Assembly: GCA_026914245.1 (NCBI GenBank)
Contig: CP110440.1
Location: 2,542,001 to 2,606,000, forward strand
Direction of reading: 5' to 3'
DNA from: Puccinia triticina
Lineage: Eukaryota
Length of the DNA: 64,000 nucleotides
Shown piece by piece: positions 1 to 12,700 of this stretch. The position numbers were made by a program, and so were the translations under genes. Every line of letters starts with the position of its first letter. Position 1 is the stretch's first letter. The notes under the pieces are model-generated. The model was given only the letters and a program-made list of their open reading frames with translations, was not told the DNA's origin and ran no database searches.

Positions 1-826
1 TTGAAATTTCTCAAAATTTAGGCCCATGTGGTACAGGCCCTTACAGGAAATGTCTGCAAACCCGTGACCTGGAAGCTCATTTGGGTGGGGACTTTTTCAT
101 AATCAACCTCATGCACACAAGTTGCTGAATAAGTATAATTCTAGGTTTGATGGAACAATGATAGCCAATGCCTCTCCTTTCCATATCCAATCCGTGTATT
201 TGATAAAAAAACTTCCTTGTAAAATTGCAAGTTTTGGATTCTGTACAGTGCCAGTTATGTGATAGGAGAATCAATAGATGTCACAAAACCCCGTGTTGAG
301 TGCAACATAAGACCCAATGTAATCAGGAAAAAAATATGGGAAGTTTTACCATCATCTTTCGCATGAGTTTCTGACCAAAAAATTATCCATCCAATAAGAA
401 CTGGGGTGGCTAACAGGAATTGGAATGTCCCCTTCCCAATGCTCAGGCCGCGGGGTTAACTTAGCCGTCAGTCCTCCCTTCGGATCCCTGCGGGACAGGT
501 CCCCCCCTCCAACTAAGGGAATTAGTCTGGGTTAGTCAAGCTATATTTTGAGTGGACTGCAATGAACCGACCGGACGAGTTGCAACCTCACTGGAGCTCT
601 GGTCAAGAATGTCCGGTCCCGGGCGGCTTCAGGGCTTCGGGGTTCAGCGTGCCATCCGGGCACCCCCCGGTCGGGCTGATGACATAATATCGCCGCCGGT
701 GAGGCCTCGGCAGGAGAGCGAGCTCGGCGCCCGGCACCCGGCAGACGGTCAACAAGAACCACCAAGAACATCATCTGGACCAAAAACAACTATCCAGGAA
801 ACCAACGGACGAAACACGGAAGCAGG

Positions 827-3800
827 ATGGAGTTCGACGACGAGGATGAGGACTTCTTCAACGACCCCGCACTGCACGCACAACTAGACCAGGTAGAAAA
901 CCAATTCAGACTCACCCAGACTCAGAACCAGCACGAACACGAACACGAACCAGAGCCACCAGCCAAGAAACCGAGACTGCAATCAGCAGCAACAAGGAAC
1001 ACCAACAATCAGGACGAACAGAACGAACTCAACAGACTCAAGAGGCAGATCGAGCAGATCAGAACAGCACTCCAGCAGTCCGATCGAGAGAAACTGCGAC
1101 TCAAGGGCCAGGTCTCGATCATCAAATCCCAGCTAGAATCGACCAAGAGCACGACCGGCCAACAGCTCAATGAGCTCAAGACGCTCGAACAGCAGCTCAA
1201 GACGCGTGCCGAACGGGCCGAGCACCAGCTGGCGAGGATCGAGTCGCAGCGGAACCTGAAGGACACCTTCAAAGGGCTCGAAGAGTCGGCCAAGAAGCCG
1301 GCCCAGCCCTCCGCCTCCTCCCTCCACCGCCGCACCGTCCTCTCCTCCACACCCAACCCCTCGTCCCCCTCCAGGAACATCCACAAGGACCCCAACAATC
1401 GCAAGCTGGCCTCCCTCCAACAGTCCTTCACCCCACAGCCACTCCCCCATCCCCGCTCCAGCTTCAATCCTAACGACCAATCCACCCAGCCCCCTCAGAA
1501 CTCTTCCAACCAACATCCCCCCCGCCCTGCCCCTCGGCCATCCATCTCCTTCATCGACCCCCCGGCCTCGTCTCCGTTCACAGTCCATGAACCTCCCCCT
1601 AGCCCTCCGCACTCAACCTCCCAGGCAGCTGCAGCCACTGGTGGTCCGCCGGCCAAGCATCCCTACGAGCTAATCCATTCGGTCAGTTTCCAATCTCTAG
1701 GTTGTTTTTTTTTCTTCTCCGTTTTGGCTGAGGAAAAATGCTCGGGAACGACATGTGTGTTATCAGGTGATCGTCCGACTCTTCCAGAGCTTTGTTGTCA
1801 GCCTTGGAGACCCGTCCATCCCCACGAAAGGTCCAGGAGAACTACCACGGGCGCCGGTCGCGCCGACGCTGCAGCACATCCTGAACGCCTCGCGACAGCT
1901 TGCCCCAGGATATCCGACACTGAAGCCGGTCTTCGACGCACTGGTGATCGACCTCTTCAGCGCCCTTGCGTCCGCCTCAGACCTTGACACCGTCACGGCT
2001 CCCTCGAGCAGACCCTCCAATACTCTCCTCTCCCTCCACTCCACTCACTGCTCTTTCCTCCCAAGTTCGGCCAACAACGACGACTCTCGCGTCCTGACTT
2101 TTGTCGTCCGCCTGGGCTCGCTCTTCGTCCAGATCTGTTCTCTCTTGAGTCGCACCGACCTGGTCTGTCCCCTCCTTCCTCGTGTCCGCCCCCTTTGAAA
2201 CAAGTCTTTCCAATTCATTTATCTTTTTTTGGCTGGGGATGTACCTTCTTAGATCGAATCCCAAACGCATACCGTCCACATCCTCGTGACCCTTGCACAA
2301 GCCTCGCCGCTATTCGGCGCGTTTTTCCTGAACCACCCGGACTTCGAGGCCTACCGGGACCCCCATCGCGTCCCTCACCGCCCACAGGAGCCGGACCTAC
2401 TGGCAGTCATGCTGGTACTGTTCGATGGGCTTGACCGACTACGAACACCGCGTGACATGCCGAGCCCGTCTTCCTCGGCCGACCCGGCCTCTCAACCCGG
2501 GCTCCCCGCTCTCTCGCAGATCAAAAAGGACGCCCCTGGCGCCGCTACTGGTCTCTCCTCCCCCCGCCCCTTCAACCCCTGTCGCTTGCACACAGCATTG
2601 TTGGACCTCCTCGCCGCGCTTGCTTGGGACCCTCCTGAGCCTTGCTATCCCACGTACGTTTTCTCCTTGCTTGTGATTCTTTCTTTTCTTGGGTCCCCCT
2701 TTGGGCCGTCCAACCTTATACGGTACTGTCTCTGGGAAGCCCAGCGCCAATTCGCGCTAAGCCAGATCTATCGCTATCTAGCGCCGAATTTGGCCGACAT
2801 ATTGTCTGTCAATGCCCGTGTAAACGAGGCCTTGAACAAACACAAGGGAACAACAAACCATTATTGTCAAATACAGAGTCCTAAAAAAGCGAAGCCCTTC
2901 TGTTTACATCACTTTTACTTCAGAAAAACATAATAATAATATCTTGGTTAATGTTTCAAAATCAAATCCATGTACGAAAAGTTTAGAAAGATTTTTCAAG
3001 TCGCATGGACCATCAGTCTTCCAGTTCCTGTTAGTTGGCCCGCACTACCCCCAACACCAGGCCGGCGCAGGCTCAAAAGAAGAACAAGATGATGATCTGA
3101 TCTTAACCGAGAAGTCGATCGACGTGTTGCTCTCCCTAACGTCCAGTTTAGTTGTCCCTCTTCTCCTCAATTGCAACGTCCCTCTTCGTCCTAACCTGAA
3201 TTTTACTTGGACACGGTTCGTGTAGAGACTGAGTTTAGCAAGATTATCTTAGAAGCTCGTGTCCATGATTCTACCGGCCCCACGCCTTCGCAGCCGAACC
3301 CGACGAGCTCGACTTCGAACGCTCGTCAACAACAGCCGCAGAGAGCCAAGAGTGTCGGGTCGGCCAACTCGCCCGCCAACCACCGGCGATCGACGGCCGC
3401 AGCTCCACCGGTTGATCCGCCGAAAACGGCTGAACAGCGGAGCGAGGGGAGTGGGAGTGGGATGACGGTTGTGGACCGGCTGTTGAAGGTGTTTCTTCTG
3501 GCGGCGACGAACCTCCCTGGCGCGACGGCGGATGACCCGGACCGTCACGGACTCAAGGTCAAGATCCTCTGCCTGCTCCATCTGCTCGCCATCAATCATC
3601 ATCGTCAGCACCAGCCGTCGGCGGACGATCTTGCGGGGGCTGAATGGACCGGGTGGAAGGCACTCGAGTCCGCTGGCTCCTGCCTTTTTTCCGTCCTCCT
3701 TAAGACCATCTTCGTCGACTCCTATCGGCTCTGGAACGTCGACGGAGCCGTTGGCCATCGGCAGCTCGTCCCCAGGTCTGTCCACCCTCTTTCACCCTCC

Positions 3801-4510
3801 ATCACCCTCTCTACTTGGGTTTCTTACGTTGGGTTTTTGCGGGGGCGGCGATGCGTTTGTTAGATACGTCGAGCGCATTACGTTGTCCGTCCAGATCATC
3901 CACAAATCTGTCTTCCCCCAATCTTCTTCATCCTCTTGCTCATCACCAAGGACCCCACTGAACCTGGTGCACCGAATCAAACAAGAATCACCCGTCTTCC
4001 TATCCACGCTCTCCTCGCTTCCGTCCGCCTTCTTTTCTTCCTCTTCTCCTTCTGCTGCTGTGGGTGCATCGTGGTCAATGATCATTGGTTCCCATAACAA
4101 CATTTACCATGAATTCGTCCTCAGCTTCGCTAAACTCGCATGGCTCGACTACCTCACCCCCTCAGCCAACACGTCGTTCCCCTTCCCGTGGGATCCCGAT
4201 TATCGCCACTTCGCGCCCATGTTTAATCAACTTCTACCCAGACATCTTTTCCCAAAACTCGACCTCATGGCTGGTGTGTCTTTCCTTTGCCTCCTTTTCT
4301 GTTGTTGGCCAAACGGGGCGAAAACAGGAGGAATGAAAACGGGAGACTGATTTATGGAGATACTTGATAGACCTGGCTTTTGATGTCCTTTCCTCTTTCG
4401 CCTCGCCCGACGAACTCGACGAATGGAAACAATGCGCACTCGACGACGATGACGAAGATGAAGAGGATCCCTCGGATAACGAAAATGGCGAGGATCATCG
4501 ACGCGCGTGA
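827..4510 (+). CDS. Multi-exon host gene, probable Rad26/ATRIP-like DNA-damage checkpoint protein
   Basis: About 7 GT-AG exons (approx. 827-1681, 1767-2163, 2253-2653, 2990-3143, 3225-3775, 3864-4273, 4370-4510). Acidic N-terminus MEFDDEDEDFFNDP, then a coiled coil, a Pro/Ser-rich linker, a helical C-terminus ending DLAFDVLSSFASPDELDEW and an acidic tail. The family call rests on architecture only. Confidence 0.55.
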
Positions 4511-5646
4511 GGTGATGGTCCTAGCCCGAATTGAAGCTCTCCTCTGGCTAGAGCTACTGTCAGTCGCTTTCTTGGGGTATCATGCACAATGATCTGGTTA
4601 GGTCTGCGTGCGGAGAGGGTGTAGCGTTTATTTATGGGGTCCCACTGTACTTGGTACTTGACTTGAATGAAGATTGACTGTTGTTATGTCATAAGAAAAG
4701 ACAGCGGGGAGCAGACAACAATGGCGAACATAGTTCAGAAGTATACCTGTTTAACTTAGAGCTGATAGGGACAGCAATGTTTGAGAGTACACGTGTTGCA
4801 AGGAGCTGGGTTGGCTAAGTCGGGAATGCTGGAGATCAAGCAAGGACTCAGTCCGAGCACAATATTCAATAACTTATGATAATCAGTCAGTGACTGAGAG
4901 GAAACAGAACCAGGCAGAGATCAACTAGACTATATAGATATACCAACATGGTGGAGGACTTCCTGTTGGCTGAATGGCTTAATTTAAAAGAAGGCTCCAA
5001 ACCTTCTTTGCTGGTGAAACCACAATCCTAATCAATTTTCACGAGCTTGTAACATTTAACAAACAATTTTATATGATTGGAATTTCTCCAGTTTAGTCTT
5101 CTAGATCTAGTTCTGGGTGTATAGATGAGAAGCATAGCATGCTAGAGAGATGCGAATATACTATCTCAAACAACAGTGGCAGAGTTGTAGGTTTCTTGCT
5201 GGCGGTTGAGAAGAGAAAGCTAAAAGATTGATTACTTGGACTAGGCTACAATATATAGACTGGATGCAGGAGGTCAAAAGGTGGTTGGGTTAATTAATGT
5301 GTAAAATAAAGTGGTGCTCTGGAAGATGCTATAATAAGTCTGATAAGAATCAAGTACACCCAAAAATGAAGTGCTTGCACACAAGGAGATAAGAGACCGG
5401 AGGAAAGATGACGAGCTCTGTAAACTAGGGTTCTTAGACTGCAAACATGACTATTAAAAATTCAGACTATCCTGAGGTTTTGAAACTAGTATTTTTGACA
5501 TTCCAACAGGTTCAGAATACGTAATTGAGATTTGTAACATAAAAAAGGGAATTTAAGAAACACCAAATCCCAACAATGACAAGAAGTGCATGAGTACCAT
5601 AAGACAAAACCACGGCAAGTATTACACAAGCGGAGATAAAAGTTGC

Positions 5647-6583
5647 TTAAGTGATAAGCCATTCAAGTCCAAATACGCTTACCAGCCAGTTGTATAGGTT
5701 TTCTTCGTCGGACCCTTCTTGATTGCGTGGCGCATTCCTAACGGTGTTGAACGTTTCTGGATATTCTGGATTAGCTGCTTGGTTATCCGCCTTTTGTTTT
5801 TCACGGCTCTCTGAATTAGGAGATCCCAAGAGCCTTTCTTGGTGAAGCCTTTTTGGCACTCGTTCTACTTCTATTTTTTGAGCTTCCTTTAATATTGCCT
5901 GGTCTATCGCTGCGTGTTTGATGTTTTTTTTTGGCCAAATTTGGATGCAAGAGATATTAAATGAATGTGATTACAATTCATGAAAGATATGGGCCTACGT
6001 CAAGGATTTCTAGCTGGAGAGGAAGAGATCTGAAGGAAGACTGAGGCTCACACCGAACCATTTGGTACCAAAATTTATCACCAAATAACGTAGGTAGCCT
6101 ATCTTGACGAAAGTCGTGATTAGCCAAGGTGAGTCTGGTCGGAACTGAGTTTATCTCGTCCTCGATCAGACCACAGCGCAAAAGTTGCCTCGCAATCGCT
6201 ATGTCATGACGGAAGCTTCGGTCGTGTGTAAGTTGAACCAAATCATGTTTAAGCATCAGACGAATAGCCATGAAGATAGCTTTGCGAAACGGATGGTGTT
6301 CTCGATCTCTGCTGTATACCTCTTCCTCAGGGAAAAGACGCATTGCCAAGAGGAGGGCAAGGTTGGACAGAATACCGTTTGGATTGTGCTCGTGATCTGA
6401 AACGTCTGTCCGATATCTGACCACCGACTTCGAAGAATATTTCCTCTTTGAAATATCGCTCAGGGTGCCCATTTGTAGGCCCAGATAAGCAAGTCGCGTT
6501 TGGTAGTGTTCGTTAAGTCCAACATTACAAAAATGTTCTTGGGCGTCCTTAACATTTTGCTGGACCTCTCGCAAATCGTTCAA
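5647..6583 (-). pseudogene. Hypothetical protein fragment(s), probably spliced or degenerate
   Basis: ORFs 5978-6583 and 5647-5859 on the same strand with protein-like composition; no recognised motif and no clear start. Confidence 0.35.
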
Positions 6584-7654
6584 CGCATCTTCCAGAGTGA
6601 TTTAAAAAAAAAGTGAATGCATATTTGGCTCATAAGTTTATCGCTCTAGCTTCTTGTCATCACGGAAGGAAAGTAGAATGTGGAATTACTTTGAGTTAGT
6701 GCGTTAGTCGGTGGGGCTTTGACTCCTTGAGCAATGAGCCATAATGGGAAAATGAGGAGGGTTCCTATGCAGGCAAATCTCATATCTATCTGGATGGAGA
6801 ACGGCGGCTAAACTAGTCAAAGTGAGAGGAATATGGGGGATCTCAAGTTTATCCGGCCTGTCGTAACGACTCTGGTGTTAACATGTGGAGCTAATGGAGG
6901 TAGTGATGAAGCAAAAAAACGGAAAACATGGGTATACATGTACTCAAATCTCTCTTCTTTGGAAAGATGTTTGACCAATTCAGTGGCCGCCGGCGCCGCC
7001 GGTGTTTCACGTTCTCGCGGGAGGAAAGATCAAGTTGTTCAAGTTGTAGGAGAATCAAGTAGCTAACTTAGCTAACTCCCTCCTCCTCGGGGGAGCGAAG
7101 CGACCTCCGAAGGGCGGGACAGCGTCCCCCCTCCACATAGAGAGGGACTTAGTTAAGTTAGATCAAGTAGATAAATCAAGTCGGGAAACGTGGGCAATCT
7201 ACATATTAGATTATTTATGTATGTGCCCAGGATCCCCGGCTTGAGTCCGGAAAGGTCATTTTTCAAAAAGTAGTACGGAAGCCGAGGTACGACACAATCG
7301 TGCCACCCCCATGTCACATGTCCCATGTGCAGAAACCGAATGTCAAAAGCTGATGTCAAGAGCTGAGAGACGGTAAGCCCCGGCCCTGAAAGGGATGAGG
7401 TCTTGACTGGTCTTGAGATCTGTACATGTACATACATACAACCCCCCACGGTACACCACAGCCATGTAATCTTAGGTACACCACGACGCTGGGTGCCCAT
7501 TACTGCGATCGCCTAGGCGAAGCGCTCGTCGTCAACGTGCCCACCCAGTATGTCTGGGTCCTCAAGGTATGTACGCCCTTGTGCTGATGAACAACACTGT
7601 TTCATATGCAGGATGAGAGTTCCCGGGCGGCGCTGAGTGCGGAATGCACCGAAC

Positions 7655-8800
7655 TTAACAAAGTCCCTCGATGCTGCGGGCGTGGGACTCGCGAAGCGAG
7701 CCTCCGACAGCCCTCGGCAGGAGGGACTTACACCGTACCTCCCCATCCTGACGCACGGGGAATGGGATTTTCACCCCTCTTTTTACTTTCCCCTTTGTAC
7801 ATCTCTCATACCACAACCTTTTTTTGTTGTTTTTTTTGCTCCAGGTCTGCCCAACATGTTACCGCTGAGACCTATATTTTTTTCCCTTTATGTACTGATA
7901 CCAGTATGTCCTGAAAAATTAAACAAGACAAAAAAACCTCAAGCCTGTTACCGAGTCTGCAACCCAGAATTGCAGAAATTAATCACAGAACAAGAGCACG
8001 GACTCTCTGTTTAATACATAGTGTGTTTCACACGCAGCTAGCTTGAGGATGACCGGAATCAACCGGTCATCGAGGGGACTCGACCCTCTCAATGACCAGT
8101 ATGTTCCGGTCATCGAGAGGATAAAGCCCTCTCGATGAACGGCACAGTACCGGTCACCGAGAGGGTCGAGTCCTTCCGATGACCGGTCGATCCCGGTCAT
8201 CGGGTGTGTCAAGTCCCCTCGATGACCGGCACAGACCGGTCATCGAGAGGGTTGTATACTCTCGATGGCCGATCTGTACTGGCCATTGAGAGGTTCTACA
8301 TATCCATTCAATGACCGGTCTGTACCGGTCATCCAGGGCGTTGTATATATCCCTCTCGATGACCGGTCTTTACCGGTCATCCAGAGGGCTATGCGGTCTC
8401 GATGGCGGGTCTGTGCCGGCGATCAAGGGCTCAGAGACTTGACTGTAAGTCGAAAAAAAAACTATATGTCCAAGTCATTGAGCACGGACCTCTTCTGCTA
8501 CTCGGCTTCAGTAAAATCAAAGTTTTTATTTACTTTGATAATTTATTTCTCTTTGAAGGAGTTGTGTGGCGTAACTCAGATTGTATCTGATGACGCGCAA
8601 GAAGCAAGGCTTTGTGCCAAGCAAATATTTAAGGTTTTAAGTTTAGAGGGCCAGGAACTGTGATGGTTTGAAAAAACCACCCAGCCAAACTCAAATTCTA
8701 GGCTCTGCGAAAGGGGGTGATAGCGCGCAAGTCCCTCCTGCCAAGGGCTATCGGAGGCTTGCTTCGCAAGACCAGATGCCCGCAGCAGCGAGGGACTTGG
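7655..8800. repeat. Degenerate inverted-repeat pair (about 85 bp, ~7660-7745 and ~8714-8800) enclosing a hairpin minisatellite; MITE-like
   Basis: aagtccctcgatgctgcggg...cctccgacagccctcggcaggagggactt matches the reverse complement of aagtccctcctgccaagggctatcggagg...cccgcagcagcgagggactt. Confidence 0.6.
8045..8430. repeat. Tandem array of about 40-bp self-complementary units (ctcgatgaccgg-N5-6-ccggtcatcgag)
   Basis: About 9-10 diverged units read directly. Confidence 0.85.
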
Positions 8801-9155
8801 GTTAAGTTTGGGAATGCACCCGTTGGCGACAGGCGCACTTGGACGAGTGGGAGAAGCTGGGCAAGACAGGGCCCGAGCAAGCTGGATGGCCCGTCGTCGC
8901 CGATGGGCTCGCAGGCCTGCAGAATCCCAAAATGCTAAAACCAAATTCATCATATAGATACATAAGCCCCACCTGCCTTCACATACAAATCAGACTATCG
9001 GACTACATGAGCCCCAAATTACAAACATGAAACTCACATATGTTATCGCCATTTACTAGAAGTGGCTGAAGCAGAGTCCAAAAAAAGTACATACATACAT
9101 GTCACCATAGGTACAATGGGTGGGGATCCCCCTCTGAGCGGCAACAGATCCTATT

Positions 9156-9552
9156 TGTAACGACTGACTTATTTTATTGTTGTTATTGGGATTATGTTAA
9201 TAGAAGTTTAGGTAAGTGATAAGAATGATGTCATTTTGATTGTTGAGTCATGCGCTTTTGTTTCCAGTAAAGTGTCATTAATAATTATAAGTCTTTTATA
9301 TCAAATTAATACTCAGTTGGTTTGTAAACATGATTTCAGATTTGTTGTTATATTCTGGTTGCGTTCTTTCTCTTGTTCCTCTTTCCTCTTTTCCTTATCT
9401 CGATATTCTTGTCCTTTACATTATTATCAATAAAATCCCTTATTGTATAAAGGCTATTCTCATTAGAGTTTCTACAAGAATAACCTTTCCATCTCTCACT
9501 TATGCTAGGCTATCTTGCCGATTGAGATAAGTTGAGTAGGTTGGCCTTCACA
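9156..9552 (+). repeat. 5' LTR of the chromovirus
   Basis: tgtaacgactgac...ttggccttcaca, near-identical to 15163-15559. Confidence 0.97.
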
Positions 9553-9756
9553 ATTATATCAAGATCTTTATATTCAGATTCCTCAAACATATTCATAACG
9601 TTCTTGGAATCTTGTTCATTTTAAAAGCTCTCTCTCTCTCCGTTGCAGATTCAATAACAAACCTTCAAGCTCTCAAGTTTATTCTCTTTTACATTCAAAC
9701 TCGGTTCTCTCCATCACGCAAATTCTTTTTTTGAACAAGTTTTAAATTGATTGACT

Positions 9757-12700
9757 ATGTCTGATGATTCCTCTCCTCTTGAGAGATCTTCTCATCGAAT
9801 GCCCTTTCCCAACGCTAATACTTCTGCTTTGACTCCGTTTATTCAATTTTCCCCGACTCCTAATGTTCTTCCCACTCAACCTGATCAAGCTACTCTTATC
9901 AATAACACTATTCCCCCTCCTTATAACACTCTTCCTTCTCCCGGACCAGAACCTCCAAATTTTATTCCTCGTCCCATTCCCGGAGTCATAGATATTAATC
10001 ATCGTCCAGGTCGTAATCCACATTTCACCACTCCCATCATTCCTATAGTTCCTCCTACTCCTAATGTTTCCGATTTGCTAGCCGATTTGAGAGTTAACGA
10101 CGGTTTGGATTGGGACAACACGATTCTTTCTCACGCTCAATCCATCGCCAATCTGCAAATCAAATCTTGCCGAATGAAGGACAACTTGCGTCGAACTCAA
10201 GCGGCTGTTCGCGAGTTAAATGAATTACGAGTTTTTGCGGAAGATGTGACTCGATTGAGGGGTAGTTTACAGCGTGAATTTCAAGAGGTTCGCGAGTTGG
10301 TTGATGCGGCTAATGTGGCGACAAATGTTCGATTGACTCGATTAGAAGAACCAGTTGTTGCTCCGGCTCGTCAAGCTGTTCAAAATATCCCAGAGCCTCC
10401 CTTTTTCTCTCACATTTACTTCTCTGGGGATGTCACCGAGACTCATCGTTTTGCTTCTCTGGTTCGAGACACTTTTGCTCGACTTCCCAATCATTTTGCG
10501 GGCGATAGACAACGTATTCTTTGGATCGCTTTGTATTTTAGGGCGGCTTCAGGACGTATTGGTGATCCATGCGCTTCGTATTCTTGGTGGCGTAGTTTGT
10601 TGGCTCGGAATGCACATACTCAAGGATTGGATGCGAGAAGGGCTTCGGCGTTAACAGAGTATGTCATCGACGAGTTATTAACCTCAGATGGATTTCTTTC
10701 TGCTCTCAAAAACACCTTTTCCTATCATACTGAAGAAGAAGATGCTCGAAGAAAGTTGTTGGCGTTACGCCAAGGATCGCGTCCCATTGGCGATTTTAAC
10801 ATTCATTTTTGAACCTTGTTGTATGGTGTGGAACTTTTGGATGCGTCTCAGATGGAAGTTTACGAGGCGGCTATCAACCCAAGGATTTTGGATTTAGCAG
10901 CGATCAGGGGTGGTTGGAATGATTTAACTTCATTAGAGGCGAAAATGCAAATGGCGGTGAAGCTTTTGGTTGACGTTCCGCGTGTGGCTTTAATTAGTCA
11001 GCGCCGTCATAATCCTCCTAACCCTCCTGCCGCTCCCAGAATTAAATCAAGACCAGCAAATACACCCCTTTCCGTCAGGCCGTCTCAACCGGTGCCTATG
11101 GATTTGGACGCCATGGAAGCGTCGGAAGGTTTTTCTTTTGTCAACTTTAGGAACAAATGTTGCAAGCAACATCTTTGCATTTGATGTGGCAAATCTTATG
11201 ATACCAAGCATGAATCTATCCATGGGTGTCCTCTCCCTGATAACCAACGATTGCGTCGACCAGATATTCTTCGGTTATGGAAGGAAATGGGTGGTGTGCT
11301 TTGCGAAGATTCTCGAGAAGATCATTCGGATTCGCCTCGCGAATTTCGGCGCGAGCCTACGGTTGGAAAGGGGAAGAAGAGGGAATCTATTTCAGAAATC
11401 ACTCAACCAGGGGCGGCCAAGCGATCTCATTCGGAGTCTCCTGGTGTTTCCGGTTTTCAGAATGGCTCTAGAGCTTCGGCTGTGGCTTCTGGTTCCGGTT
11501 CTCATGCGCCGGGTGGCTCTGGTGCTTTGGTTGGTCCTGCGGCGGGTCCTTTGGGAGGTTTTGCATCATCCAATCATCAAGCGGGTCCTCCGAACATGGA
11601 GGCCTTGGATTCCGTGTCGGCAGAACCTTGGTCAATCAGCGAAATTTTGTTTCATAGGCAGATGATGGAGGCTGAGTATGACGATGAAGAAGAAAGTCGT
11701 AAGTTAAAGAAACTTGTTATGAAACCTAATGTTCCAAGTAACAGACCTTTCTTTGATGGAAAGTTGTTAGTGAGAAAGTCAGAACTAATTGATATTTCTG
11801 TTTTGGTTGATTCGGGGGCTTTGACTTCTTTTATTGATGAATCTTTTGTACTGCAAAATAGGTTGAAACAGCATAGATTAGAGTGTGGGCTTCAAGTTTG
11901 TTTGTTCAATGGATCGGCTCCTGTGTCTGGGGATGTATTTTATTTTATAGATGGTTTCATTTTGATCCCCACTGTGGGGGGCAAATTTCTTCATTCTTCC
12001 GTACGCTTATACATTACTAAATTATCGTCAGCGGCTGTTATTTTAGGGAGTACTTGGTTGAGTGCCACAAATACTTTCATTGGTGGAGTTTCGAATGATA
12101 TTGTGATTCATGGTTGTGAGATTTCTACTCCGTTTAAATCTTTTTCAAAAGGCTTGTGTTTGTTAGAGGAATTTTCCGATGTGTTTGTAACTGAAAGCTT
12201 GGCTTCTCTTCCTCCTCATCAAGCTGGGTTTGATTGTGAAGTGAATTCAAAGGAAAATTCAACGCCTCCTTTTGGTAAAATGTATAATCTGAGCAAGGTG
12301 GAAAGAGATCAATTGCGTTTGTATGTTGATGAGAACCTAAAGAAAGGGTTCATTAGAGTTTCTTCTTCTGCGGCGGCCTCTCCCATCTTTTATGTTAAAA
12401 TGGAGGGTAAGGCGGACAGACCTTGCGTGGATTATCGATTGTTGAATGGTATGACCGTTAGAGACTCTTATCCTTTGCCCGTTATTTCTCAGTTGCTGAA
12501 CAATTTACAAGGTTGCAGGTTCTTATCTAAAATTGATTTAAAGGCGGCGTTTAATTTATTGCGGGTAGCCGAAGGTCATGAGTGGAAAACAGCTTTTCGC
12601 ACTCCGTGGGGTCTTTACGAGTATTTGGTTATGCTGTTTGGTTTGGCGAACGCTCCAGCGATGTTTCAGCGTTTTATTCAACATGTGTTGAGGGAATACT

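Noticed and set aside
1009..4103. Numerous antisense and alternate-frame ORFs over the first gene
   Set aside because: Shadows of GC-rich coding exons on the plus strand.
8045..8430. CRISPR-like array
   Set aside because: Eukaryotic context, no cas genes, and linkers are short and related rather than unique spacers.
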